From NCBI GenBank assembly GCA_028534125.1, contig CM052816.1, positions 81,594,001 to 81,658,000 on the forward strand: a DNA stretch of 64,000 nt, given 5' to 3'. Source of the stretch: Lama glama (lineage: Eukaryota). Made by a program: the position numbers and the translations under genes. Shown piece after piece: positions 1 through 12,620 of the stretch (positions within the stretch are counted from its first letter, which is position 1; each line of letters starts with the position of its first letter). Below the pieces are notes generated by a model. It was not told the DNA's origin. It did no database searches and saw only the letters and a list, made by a program, of their open reading frames with translations.

Positions 1-1008
1 GGATGAATAAACAAAGGAACACCACCTCCAAAACTCATGAAGAAACCAAGGAGGGGACTGAATATCTATTTTAGTTTTCAGCTGAAGGACAAAAAGACTC
101 AGCATTGAGATTTTAAATTATATTCCACAAGCAAAAAGTTCTTGGGCATGAGGATCATGGCTTAATGAAATCTTTTATAAATGATCGAGTGGATATGTTG
201 GGATTATGAGAGGACAGCATTCAGGCAGGTCAGGAGAATGAGATGGTTGAATAAAGAGCCCATTATGGCTGTGCTCACTTTCAATATATTAATTATGGAT
301 GCAAATAATTAGGGGATTTCATGGTTGCCAAAAAATTGTATGCCTTCCTTTTCCTCTGACAATCAGTCACTCGTGTCTCAGGTTCCTCCCAACGTCAGTC
401 TTAACATCAGTAACATCTCGAGCTCAGACACGTTTGCCAAGTCCCTCTGGGTTTCCTTGCTACAGGAAACATTACTCTGCAAGCTTTATGCAAAGTTTCA
501 TATTTTAAATTCACCTGAAATTCTTACTAACTCAATCCTTCTCTGCCTGAACTTCCCACTTAAGAAGGTGGGGAAAAAATCATGATTTTTGCAGCCTATG
601 TTACCCTTCTTAAGTTGAAACTTTTAATTCATGTAAAGAAACCCCAGGTTTTCAGATGGACTGTACTCTGTGTCTACCAAAACGACTGGTCTTTTTGGTA
701 GCACTTCACTTCCACCTAGAACATTTCAGATGGTTTGTACAGAAACACCTGAAATGCTGCTAACTCATTTTGGCAAAGTATCTTAAAGCCGTATAAGAAG
801 CATGCATGGCTGAACTTTAATAGAGCACATTCAGTAACTGCAGAAATCAAAATCAGCGGCTAAGAGAAAGCATGGAATCTCTGACAGCTACTTCTGCCAA
901 ACCTGATAATTACCAAGACTCCAGTAATACTGCGCAGGGGAGTGCCCCCGTGGGGAACTTAATGAGAAACTCTTCTGAATGTTGAATGAAGATGTGCAAT
1001 TACAGTAC

Positions 1009-1090
1009 CTGAGCCAGGAGAGGAACTGGCCTCTTTGCTCTCCTGATAAGTGCTGCGTGCAATCACTTCATCCATTTCCTGCTCAGAAAC
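1009..1090 (-). CDS. PDZD2: PDZD2 coding exon (~exon 15, 82 bp): VSEQEMDEVIARSTYQESKEASSSPGS(G)
   Basis: Translated by hand; acceptor acaatcag|GTT, donor CAG|gtactg; matches recalled human VSEQEMDEVIARSTYQESKEANSSPG. Confidence 0.95.
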
Positions 1091-1267
1091 CTGATTGTCA
1101 GCAGAAACCACAAATTAGATGGTTTTATTCCTTTATTTTTCCCCCCCCAATAAAAGTAGCTAGGACCAGAGTCAGAGGCTGGAACGCAGACAGAGGAAAA
1201 CTGCAGGGTCAAAGATTATGACCACCCCCTGATGCACTAATGCAGGGCATGTAAGAAGTATGGCTGG

Positions 1268-1415
1268 AGGGAGAGGGTATAGCTCAGTGGTAGAGGGCAT
1301 GCTTAGCAGGTTTGAGGTCCTGGGTTCAATCCCCAGCACCTCCATTAAAATAAATGAATAAATAAATAAACAAACAAACCTAATTACCTCCCCGCCCAAA
1401 TGAAAATAATAATGA
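1268..1415 (+). mobile_element. tRNA-derived camelid SINE (Vic-1 type), long form
   Basis: A box tagctcagtggtagag, B box ggttcaatccc, A-rich tail; TSD aagaag(t/c)atggctgg at 1253-1267 and 1416-1430. Confidence 0.9.
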
Positions 1416-1559
1416 AAGAAGCATGGCTGGGTTACAAATTGCTTCAAACAATGTGTTCAAAACAAGACCTTCAATTGCTTCCCAAGTTCACGAAGCAAAG
1501 CTTCCAGCTCTGGTTACCAACAACATGGCTGATACCTGCCTCTCGCCGGACCGCTCACT

Positions 1560-2740
1560 TTAAATTCTTTTTCCCTGAACTTTAAACAATTTCAAACCTA
1601 TGTGAAACTTGCAAGAGTAGCCCAAGAATAGTATACCCTTCACCTGGACTCACTATTTTTTAATATTCTGCCACATTTATGCTCATACTGTCTTCACACA
1701 CACACGCAGCTGTAACTTTTTATAAACCATTTGGGAGTTAGTTGCAGACATCACAACCCTTCACTTGTAAATATTTTACCATGTATTTCCTAAAAACAAG
1801 GACATTCTCTTTAACCCTGCTACTATTATCAAATTCAGGAACTTTAAAGTTGATACAAATGGCTGTCTAATACATCACAGTCTTAATATCATCCTTCAGA
1901 AACACTATTCAAAGTGTGTTTGTAGACTGGAAATAATTCACCGAGAGTTTGAGGCCAGCCTGAGATGAGATAAAGATTTTCCTCGAGAATGCAAATCAAC
2001 TCTCAGTTTCTTTCATCAACAGTGTCCTTTGCTACGGGGGGAGATATCAAATGAACTAAACAGTGTGCAGTGATGTGACCGAGTTACATCTGGTGCCTGC
2101 TTCTTATCTTGTGGTGGACCTTTAGCGAACTGTCACCAACCTTCTTGCATAATAATGCTTTATAGAAAAGAATATTGTTTTAGGCAGGGGGTTGGTGGGG
2201 AGGGTGGAGATTGCAGAATTCAGTTCAGGATCTAGTTCTTATGTCTATTTAGTTTTCTTTAAGCCAAAAAATTCTGAGCCTTTATCTTTCATGATACGGA
2301 TAATTTGAAAGAAACCAGGCTAATCCATTTGTCATGCTTAAATTTAGATTATGCATTTGGGGCAGAAAAACTACAAAAAGTGTTTCCTTCTCAATGTATT
2401 TCCTTCTCAGTGTCAGCATGTTTCATAAATGGTGACAACCTAGACCACCTGATTCGGGTGGAGTTCACCAGAGCTTTCCTCAGGACATGCTGTTGGTGTT
2501 GTCATCAGTGAGTCAAGTCAGGAGATCCTTTCAGATTCTGTCACTATCCTGTTCCCCAATACATTTTCACTCAATTGGTTATTCTTGCCTCAATTAGTTA
2601 TTATGATAAAGATTTCAAAATAGTGATTTTATAACTCTCTTTTCCTTCTATATTTATTGGTATGATGGTAAATTCATGGATTCCCCACCCCCATCAGTTG
2701 TTATCCATAATTGTAATCATTCATGGAAAGATTTTTTAAA
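1560..2740 (-). mobile_element. Fragmented old L1 (L1MC-like) 3' region with an internal interruption at about 1890-2260
   Basis: Motifs aaccatttgggagttagttgcagacatc and ttcctaaaaacaaggacattctc; boundaries approximate. Confidence 0.55.
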
Positions 2741-5162
2741 AGCCTGACATATGCTGAACTGTATTTTAAAAGACAACTACATGACTTGTATAGTTTCTTT
2801 TTTAAAGGTGAAAATATTTTAAATGTAGAATGGTAATGTCATGTACTAAAATAACATTGAGCATAAATACGTTTGGATAAGCAGAGTAATTTGGAAAAGG
2901 AAATTAATATTTCGGCACAGGATTCAGCATTACACTTTAACCTAACAGATGAACCATTATCATGTCACGGCGTTTGGGTAACATTTTCTAGCAGACTTCA
3001 CAGGAAATAAAATACGTACACACACGCACACGGGCACCCCCCCAACCACACACACACCCACACATACCTTCAGAAAGCAGAGAGTCATTTTGTATAAATG
3101 AGCCAGTGAAAACACCAGCTTAAACACAGTGGCTGCAAATCTTTCAAAGTTGGTGATGGTTTTTCTGAGTGGGAGAAAAATGGTTGGGGCTTGAAACAAG
3201 TGAAAGATGTCCTGGATAACTAATCGTGCTGGAAGCCCCAGGACCAGTTAACACTGGGCCTCTATGACTTCCTTCTGCTTAAACATAAGCTAGAAGCTGC
3301 TACCCAAACAGGTCCAAATCAGCTCGTCTAGACCTCCAGGGTTTGAATATCCCAGTTGGGCAGCCACCACTCCAGTCATTATGAGAAACAGAAGAGAAGA
3401 AAATCCTTGTGGTATTTCTCTTGGAACAACATGAAAATGAAGGAAGCACATACATTTAGTATCAAAATGGACTACTGGCATGAAATGCTAGGGTAAGTGG
3501 GACAGAAATACATTAAACGTAAAATGGAATCTTGACCAAAAGGAAAATATCGTGTGATGTTACAACCAAGAACACCGTGTTTACCTAGGAGGAAACGTGA
3601 AATCCACTCAAACACCAAAATTGGGTTTCGCTGGACCTGTCTCCAAACACCATCCTGGTGACCCTCTTACTGCGCTAGAAACATGAGTCACCGACGTGTT
3701 CCACAAGATCCCAGACCACCAGTCCATCGAGATTGTTATGCTTTGCGCTGAAACGCCATTTTGATGTTTGATTGTGTTGGCAAATTAGGCAGATACCCCG
3801 GGCTGAGCTTAGGCAGACCTCCGAACAAATCATGACCTGTGTTAGGCTGGAATGGATTTTGAAGTCAGGCCTGTCTTGAGGCCAAAGACTGCAAACCACG
3901 GAGAACTTAATTTTCTGTAACGTTGCAGAGGCTGTGCTGGGTCAGCCACAGCTTGTTGGACTGCTCCCTAAGGTGAGACGAGTGTGGCCATGCGGGTGGT
4001 GGAATCCAAGAGAGGACCCTGGAGGGAGGAGCTGAGACCAGGAGGCGACGCGGTGTGAAAGTGACCCAGAGAGGGCCACAGGGTCAGTAGGGGAACAAGG
4101 TAGAACAGATTCTAGGGGAGCCACGGAACAGAAAGGAGAAAAATGGGCAGTGACGAGTAGTAAAAAATGGGAAAAGGTAGAAGTGGGACTTGATTTTCTA
4201 TTAATGCTATATTTATCCAAGAAGTTTTAAAATAAGACAGTTTTGAGAATGCATGCCGACAAGAGAAGACAGTCTCAAGGAAAAAAGTAGTGAGGCTGAG
4301 TCTGAATCAATTAAATGGCAACCTCTGTCCAAATACCATGATTGACATCCCCTTCCCAAATCAAGGCACGGAGTCGTGGCTGGATAGCGCTTATGTGGGG
4401 GAAGCAGACAACAAACGAACACCACTAAGACAATGAAAACGACCCCATAAAGTTAATACACTAAAGAAATCTCAGACGTGGCATGTGGGAGGACCCACCA
4501 GGTCTCCCGGCACACACTTCTCCCTCTTAAAATGGCACACAAGTCCATCCAGCACAGCAGCCTGCAACCATTTAGGATATAATCAAATAATGCTATATTT
4601 GGCATATATATGGATGGCCATATGACAGGCGTGGGAAGAGCTAATGCTCTTAATGAGTATTTTGAGTTGCTGAAAGGTCAAATTTTATAAAATGCAACCT
4701 GATTACCATGTTAGAGGCAAGCTGATTTGAAAAGATGGAGTACTCAAAAACAAGAACAACAAAAAAAGAGTGCTTGCAGTGGGTTAAGCTGAACTCGCTG
4801 AAGGTCCTGTGGTTAGTTTAAAAAACTAAAAGCAATTGCATAAGTGTAGAAGGCCAAGTAAAGCAGAGGCCAACAACGCAGGGGCCGCAATGTACCTGCA
4901 AGTCTGGTGTGGGTCGACAGTGTGATACTGATGCTGAAGAAAAACGAGCGGGCTCATAAGGAGTATTCTGCTGAGTTCAAGGATGGTCTGGACAGATCGT
5001 TTAGCTCAACGCCCTTAGATTTTCTTGATGCAGGACCTCAAAGAGGTTAAGAATCTCACCAGAGATCAAACAGCCAGCTAGGGGTTACTCAGAAGCCAGC
5101 ACTCCGACCTTCTGCACCTTTTACACACATTTTAAATTCACCAATAATATTGTCAACATTTT

Positions 5163-5289
5163 TTTTTCCTTGGGGGAGGGGGAGAGGTAATTCGATTGAC
5201 TATTTTATTTAATGGAGTTATGGGGATCGAACCCAGGACCTTGTGTATATACTAAGCATGTGCTCTACCACTGAACTATACCCTCCCCA
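5163..5289 (-). mobile_element. tRNA-derived camelid SINE (Vic-1 type), long form
   Basis: Reverse complement of the same head; TSD tgtcaacatttt at 5151-5162 and 5290-5301. Confidence 0.9.
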
Positions 5290-5520
5290 TGTCAACATTT
5301 TCTCACAAATTTTTCCAAGTGTGAAGATGAAGGAGTCCAGATCCATAATTCACTTCCCATGCCTATTAGTTACCTGGTCACCGTGTGGTCACAGGCTGAT
5401 TCCCAACCCCAGTAGGGTGAACTGTCTCACCAAAGAGTATGCACTGTCAGAAGGACATATGTGTCATGGCTACTGGACAAATAGCTGTCTTCAGACTCAG
5501 AATAGCACAAAACTTTTCAC

Positions 5521-5653
5521 CTTTGGATTAGGGTGCCGGCCGATTACCAGGCGAACAGGTCCTGGGGGGCATTTGCTCAGGATGGCGTGGACTTTGCTTA
5601 AAGCAGCATGGCGAACGTTGACTGAGTTCACTTCCAGGATTTGATCTCCACGG
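5521..5653 (-). CDS. PDZD2: PDZD2 coding exon (~exon 14, 133 bp): RGDQILEVNSVNVRHAALSKVHAILSKCPPGPVRLVIGRHPNPK (end of PDZ4)
   Basis: Acceptor tccctag|C, donor AAG|gtgaaa. Confidence 0.97.
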
Positions 5654-7287
5654 CTAGGGAGGGCAACATAAGCAACAGTCTGTGGTAACGGGTAGCTTTT
5701 TACAGGATTTCCTTCTAGGAGAGGTTTATAATATGCAACCTTTTCTGAATACTCTGAACAAGCAAATAACATGCTTTCATCTCTGCATACATACACAAAA
5801 GCAATACACTCACGTACACATATTAGATTTTGAATTGGCAAAGCCATTATGCGTATCTATCTGCATTTTCAGCAGCAGTAAAGTTAAATAAAATTGATAG
5901 TAAGGACAACACTGAGGCTCCCATTTCTTGAGCACATCGCGTCTGCCAGGCACTATACGGATAAATTTACGTAACAATGCTTTGAATAGGTATTATTATT
6001 CCCATTATGTAAATAAGGCCACAAGCGCGGAATGGCCACCCACTGTTGAACTCAGGTCTGCCTACTTTCTGACTATCAAGTGATAGAGCCTTCACCACCA
6101 TCAGTTTCTTTTTTCCTACCATCTTGAATTGGTTATTGGAATATAATTTAAGGAGGAAATATCTGAAGCTCAAAGGTTATCCAAGAATTTGTAAAAATGT
6201 TTCAAATTTGAACAAATGAGAAATTGGGGACAAGATGCCCATTCTGACTCGAAAGTATAGGGAGAGAACTCAGGACAAGAGAACAAAGACTCTTTATGTG
6301 GGGTTTGAAGAATGTTCATTTGGCAGGCTCCAGACATATGGGACCATTCAAGAAAGAAACATCATCTTGGGATGTCATTAAAGGATTTTTTTTCCTTGGG
6401 TTCTAAAAGTATATTTTCTTTAATGTACTTCGGATGATTTGCTAAATTTTTTTTTTCATTTGGAAATTCACTCTGATGATTAACTAAAAACATAATATAA
6501 TCTATTAACAAGGCCTCAAAATGGCAACCTCAAGGAATGTCATTTTGAGAATTCCTCAACTGCTCAAGGACTACGAAGCTTAGCAGGGAGAAAGATGATA
6601 CTGTTTGCACAGAGAGCTTTGCGTAATACATGTACATTCTTGTGAAGTTTAGGTGGGCACAGACCCATTGCAATTACTATATAATAGAACACCTAGACCT
6701 CTCTTGTGTAAACAGAACACCCACGCTTCAACTCAACTGGCTGGACTGAGAAATCGGACACGCAGTGATTTCAGACAATAAACATCTAGACATCACCACT
6801 CAGAAAGGAATGAAACAACAGGAAAGGTTCAGGAGATTATACTTAATAATAAAGGCCTCTTGTTCAAGGGCATAATTTCAGGACCTTCTTGTATCCAGTG
6901 ATTCTGAACCATTTTGAGCAGTTCCCAGCATCTCATATGAATTTTACATAAATGAATATAAAAGTGAAAGAAAATATTTGGATAAATATATCTATCTATC
7001 TCAAGTTGTATGGTGTCAAGTTTCTGAAACTGAACTTCTGGGTCCAAATAGAACAAAACAGGTAGGGAAAGCCAACATCAAGAGTTCTCGAATTCAATCA
7101 GATCTCATTTATATTCGCTTTTCATCTTTGGAGATGCTTTTAATTGTAATCCCAGCCCTATTACTGCAAATAATACAGACATTTAGAATCTCACAAAGGA
7201 ATGTAATAGGGCAGGTATTTTACATGTGTATATATTCACATATTCGCAAACACAATGGAACCCCATACTTTCAGGTTTACAACGAAC

Positions 7288-7405
7288 CTCAGATTACTCT
7301 CCATCTTGGCCACGGATCCTGGGGCAAGGCTGTGAATGTAGATGCCTGGAGGGCTGTTTTCTAAGGCCAGGCAGCAGGCTCCAATGCCTAATCCAACTCT
7401 GGGCT
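7288..7405 (-). CDS. PDZD2: PDZD2 coding exon (~exon 13, 118 bp): PRVGLGIGACCLALENSPPGIYIHSLAPGSVAKMESNL(S) (PDZ4)
   Basis: Translated by hand; acceptor cccacag|AG, donor GAG|gttcgt; frame fits both neighbours. Confidence 0.95.
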
Positions 7406-8038
7406 CTGTGGGAGGTATCAGTCAAAGAAAACAAAATTTAAAAAGAAAAGAAAAGCAGTGTGAGTGATTTAAAACCGCATTAATGTATACTTAGACCATT
7501 AACCATTTATTTTTGGACGAGACTCAGAATATAAATTCTGCCTTTGTCAACATGGCCATATTCTGTTAATGCAATGAACCCATGGCAGAACCAGGGGCTA
7601 ACTATGGACTGTGGACTAGTCAGTGGCCCACCCTCTGCTTTGTCTAAAGAGCCCCCTCAAATCTGTTTTTGGAGACAAGCAGAGTCCAAGGAACATTTGT
7701 TTATTCTGGATGTACACTTCAGGGTTTGTGTTTTTGTTTTTGTTTTGTTTTTTGCCTCTCTTTTAGCAACAAATCTCTTGGTTATTTAATTGCTCATCAT
7801 GTTCCTACAGTAGGTGGGGAGGACCGGGAAACCAAGATTAAAAGCAGTGGGATTTGTTGTCACCCATGACTTTTAATTACTGGTGTTAACTGTAGTCTTA
7901 ACCATATTCTTCGTTCTTTAAAATGCTAGCTCTAGAATTACGCTAGTTAGTGACGTTTTTTAACATGAGTCTCTAACACATAGTGACTCATCTGGAGAGA
8001 GCTGTTAAAGGACTTTGTGCTACTGGTAACTTCCCTTC

Positions 8039-8486
8039 TGTATGGTTAGGCCACTCAAGATGGATGTTCTCTTGCTCTCTGTAAATCCCCTGCTGGGTCC
8101 ACCAGTGTCTGTTTCACGTGCACCCAGCTCACATGACTGACCTTCCTACATATTCACCCCAGGACTCAGCTAGTGATTGTTCTTATCAAACAGGCGGTGA
8201 GGGGTGTGTCCCTCTGCTGGTTTCCCTGGTAACAAATGAGCCAACCTGACGTCAGTTCCCTCTATAACTGCTAACCTTCCCCTGCCCGCAGGAGCCAAGA
8301 CCACCACGACGTCCTGCTCTCGGTCCACTGCACACAGTGGGGTGTTGCTCTAGGAACTTACTTAAGACATGTAAGCTCCCCCCACCCACTAAACCATTGA
8401 TGTCTCTGTCACTGACTCCGGGCTCTTTCTTGGTCTTGGCGCTGGGTGAGTACACGCCTTGTAGGCCTGCAGGGTGCAGCCCAACA
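8039..8486 (+). mobile_element. Solo LTR, probably ERVL class (MER54/MER73-like)
   Basis: TG...CA termini; exact 5-bp TSD ccttc (8034-8038, 8487-8491); TATA-like ctataa near 8263; variant poly(A) signal actaaa near 8388. Confidence 0.8.
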
Positions 8487-8677
8487 CCTTCACTTTGGTA
8501 AGATGACTAAAATCTTCACTTTTGATCCCACGGTCCACTTAGAGAATGCCCTACATTGTTGATAGCAGATTGTTCCAAAGGGCCAATTCATAGGAAAATA
8601 TAAAAAGCTAACCTAAGAACACATTACACATTGTTATTTGAGAGAATGTAAGGAAAGCGAGGACGAGCGGGTATCAC

Positions 8678-8903
8678 CTTTGTTGAGGGTTACTTCCATG
8701 ACAATTCTGTCCTTGGGCCCCGGGGCCTTTCGACCCAGGGACGAAGAACCGCCTTCATCAGCGCCTCCCGCCGAGGGTGCCCCACTGGCGTTGAAGCTTG
8801 GGGAGCTAGATCTGCTCATGTGTGTGGGTGTCGAGCAGGGTGTGAGGCTCGGGCTCACGAGCTTTGTGCGTACCGTTAACACAAATAATCCACTCCGGAT
8901 TTG
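8678..8903 (-). CDS. PDZD2: PDZD2 coding exon (~exon 12, 226 bp): QIRSGLFVLTVRTKLVSPSLTPCSTP...GPKDRIVMEVTLNK(E); end of PDZ3, Ser/Gly linker, start of PDZ4
   Basis: Acceptor tttcgcag|CAA, donor AAG|gtgata. Confidence 0.97.
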
Positions 8904-9045
8904 CTGCGAAAACAAGGAGAAAGCAGGCTAAAACATTCAGACTATCCTGTATCAAACAGTTAAAAAAAAAAAAAAAACACCAAACCCCAACCAGAAGGAA
9001 ATAAAGAAAAACAAAGATAAAGGAGATCAATAAGAATGTTGTTAC

Positions 9046-9119
9046 CTTAAAGGTATGAATGGCTTCTTGAAATGTCAAGCCCTTGATTGGTATTCCATTT
9101 ACATCTAGGATTTCATCCC
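9046..9119 (-). CDS. PDZD2: PDZD2 coding exon (~exon 11, 74 bp): DEILDVNGIPIKGLTFQEAIHTFK (PDZ3)
   Basis: Acceptor cactag|GG, donor AAG|gtaaca; followed by a short 142-bp intron. Confidence 0.96.
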
Positions 9120-10879
9120 CTAGTGACCAAATTTGAGAATTATATTAACATCAAGCTTTCGTTTACTGGAATCTAACTGCTTGGTCAATACCAGAATAAG
9201 ATACCATATGGTCTCTGATTTACAACTCTATAAAATGAATTTTACTGTTCCAGCCTACTTTCATTTGCTTAGCTCCCAGGAATGTCACAGAATGGGACAA
9301 TAAATGACAATGCATATAATTTTACAGTAATTCTGTATCTCCATCTTGAATTAAAACAACTTTAGGAGGCATCCAGATTTTATTCTTTAGCCACTGCCAA
9401 GTGTGATAATAGATGTCCTTCATTTAGAGATCAAACTATGAAACCTGAATCCCAAGTCTTTTCTTCCATAGTCTTTCTTCTAAAATTTAAACCCACTGGC
9501 AAGGAAGCATGAACACATATAACGTGCGACAAGCCACTCCTGTGTTTGCAGGAAGACATGCTCCCTGAGCCTGGAGAATCATCGTGGTGTGTGCAAAGTG
9601 GTTTCAATGACAGAGACAAAAAAGTTAGGAGGCAGTATCTAGGAATGACAGCCCCATCTCATTCTGCATACAGTGTAGACGCCTGGCAAGGTACCGTGTG
9701 CTTCTAGATTACTGTAGACTAATATCAAACTTGTTTTCTCTCTCTCTCTTTTCTCTCAAACTATCCTGGACTCATTTTCAACCCCAAGAAGGCACAATCA
9801 GGTCATTTTTCAAGCTGTTGATAGTATCTGCCAAGGACATAAAAGAACTTGGACATCCTGTTGACTTATCAGAGCTAGTTTCCAGTTTGTACTCTTGTGA
9901 CATGGTCTGTTTTTTTGGAATAACAGTTCATCAAAAACACTACAAAAATGCCCCAGAGAGAAGACAGATGAGCCTTGCACAGCAGTGGAGTACAGAAGAG
10001 GAACTCCCTTTACCTATAACAAAGTGCAAAGCAGCCTAAGAACACACATTTTCACCTCTGGTGGACAGCCAACCCCAGGGGCACGCTGGGTATCCATTCA
10101 AGGAGTCCTGTATATGAGTTATAAAAGACAGCATTACCCCATCTGTTTGGTATGTGCCTGCTCTTTGCTGCGATTACAGAAGTTGTAAAATAAGTGAAAT
10201 AATCTGTTTAAAAATCACCCAGCATAACTAATTACTCAACTAGGTGAGGTTTTGTGTTTGTTTCCACCTGGGAAAAGGACAGACACATTAACATGATTGC
10301 TCATGCCCTTAAAAGTCTTTCTGCAAGATTACTTAAAAGACAGATCATTCAACAGGTTGCAAATTCATTCTGATGACTTACATTTATTGTAAAGGAATGC
10401 ATACGAAAATACAGAATTTAGGAGAAGCAAGTGCTATCAACCTCTAACTATCGATTTTTTCCCTCCATTTTGCTCCATTCTACCAGCATTGCAGGATACA
10501 TTTCAATCAGGTGAACACATGGCACATTCATGATAAAAATGCTCTGCTAGAATTTTACATTGTTGTGAAACTGGACACAAACACCACCCAGGAGTTAACC
10601 CTTCCTGTGAGACAGAAAGAAATATTCCACCATCAAAATGTTAAGCCTGGTCACGGCTTATCGGCAGCACACAGGCTTCTAGGGTCGCTCTGCCTACAAA
10701 AAGGGAGACTCCAATTCACTATTTTTAGTTTTACCAAAATAAGCTGGTTAAACACAACAGCACCTATACTCAGACCAAGTGAACTGAACAGCCACAGCAC
10801 TTTTTGTGGTAACTAGATACAGTGTGACTTAATCATTCTGTGCAGGAAGATATTAATAAGGGAAAAAAGATGAGGATTC

Positions 10880-11135
10880 ATGCAAGAGTTCTGGGAGCTA
10901 ATGCACAGTATGGTGCCCTGAATTAACAATACTGTGTTACGTACTTGAAAAGCGCTAAGAGAGTAGATGTTAAATGCCCTCACCACACATGCACACAAAA
11001 GGTCATTATGTGAGGCGATGGACATGTTAACTAAAATTGTTAGGCAATCATTTTGCAATATATGTGTATCAGATCATCGTGTACACCTTCAACTTACACA
11101 ATTATCAATTTTATCTCAAGTCAGGAGCAAAAAAA
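10880..11135 (+). mobile_element. L1 3' UTR fragment (L1MA8/9-like)
   Basis: gctaagagagtagatgttaaatg...tacaccttcaacttacac with A tail. Confidence 0.8.
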
Positions 11136-11560
11136 TGCTTGTTTAGTATCTTTACATGCAGCAAAATGGGAGGCGCTATGGAGGATGTGAAGGATGTTTA
11201 TGTACTCCAGCCCCGAGGCAAGAATGCACTATACGCTCTCAGGAAATTTTCAAGGCAAGGAACACAATCAAGGACCAAGGGGACAAGAGAGACATTTAAA
11301 TACCTAAATAAAAATATCAAGCCACTTCTCACACAATGTCTCATTTAATCCTCACAACCCTTAAAGGTGGGTATTAATATCCCAGGTTACATCAATTGTA
11401 CAAGGTCATGATTGGAAAGTGCTGAATTCAGCCCAGATCTACTTGACTACCAAGCCCACAGCCTTAGCTGCTGTGCTATTTGCTTCACACCTTGCAAGGG
11501 AGCAGATTCTCCTAAATCAGAGCTCAGTGCCCAGGGGGACCGCCAAGAAGTTTCTCCTAC

Positions 11561-11675
11561 CTTCTTTAAGTCTTCCATCCTCTGCAGCTGACCCATTTGG
11601 AAAAATGGTCTTGACAAAAATCCCCATCTGTCCTCGAATGCAGTCTCGACCACCAGCAATGCTAAAGCCAAGGCC
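11561..11675 (-). CDS. PDZD2: PDZD2 coding exon (~exon 10, 115 bp): PDZ3 core [38 protein letters not shown](G)
   Basis: GLGF motif; acceptor gtgcag|GGC, donor AAG|gtagga. Confidence 0.97.
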
Positions 11676-12500
11676 CTGCACGCAAACCAGATGGGGGTCC
11701 AGGTTGTTACTGAAGTATTTAACTGAGGGCATCAGTCCCCGGGGCTCTATTTCACTGAAGGCGCCCTTCCCATTGTAGTATTTAACTGTCCTTCCCAACC
11801 AGGTTTGGAGTTAAGCTAACCAGCTGCAAAGTCAACTTTGTGTTCCCTTCACCATTTCCCTCCTCAGATCCATTTGCATTATGCTAGCTATGCATTACAT
11901 TAAAAGGAGAAAGTTTTAGGTAAACAAATGAAGTTGCCAATGTTTGACAACCTATGACCTCCAAAGATGCCAATTTCACACACATCAACTAACCGCTCAT
12001 GAAAGTCATTTCATGCTATGCAGGTGCCATATTTGTTTTATTCTTTTGTTTCAGTCTTTCCAGTTTGCATAATACCAAAATAAGCATTTTGATATTTGTG
12101 TAATATCAAATTATTTGTATTCTTCTTCTTCTGATAATGGCAATACCATGAGATTCATTCAAAAGGATAGCTGAGAGTCTTCCCTGAAGCTGCAGGGCCT
12201 GGTTTTCTTTCAATAATGGTAAAAGTTGGGGCCTTCACTTCATCTTTGATTCTGCCCTAGCTGGCAGGTGGTGACTCCTTAAATCATAAGGGCAAAAAAG
12301 GTAGGACAAAGTCACTTGGAGGCCACAGGACAGCATGCCAGGGAATCCACTCAAATCTACCCAAAGGCCACTTAATTTGTTCTTCTTCATACTTCTTTTT
12401 TTTTTTTCATGAAAAAGCAACAACACTTAAGAGTAAGCATTTCACAAATATATGCTAACGTTTACCTGGAGAGTAAAATAGTGCACAGAAAAGCGCTCAC

Positions 12501-12620
12501 CTTGCCTTTTTCTTTGTACAGCCCAATAATAGAGATGACTGATGGCCGAATGAGTCTCCAAGGAGATTCCACCTGAGTAGCGCTTAGCGAGCGGGTGGAC
12601 TTCTTCACAATGTGGTATTC
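12501..12620 (-). CDS. PDZD2: PDZD2 coding exon (~exon 9, 120 bp): EYHIVKKSTRSLSATQVESPWRLIRPSVISIIGLYKEKGK (start of PDZ3)
   Basis: Translated by hand; acceptor cttttag|GAA, donor AAG|gtgagc. Confidence 0.96.

Noticed and set aside
1268..1345. tRNA-Ala-like genes (also at the five other SINE sites)
   Set aside because: Degenerate stems, A-rich tails and TSDs show these are SINE heads, not tRNA genes.
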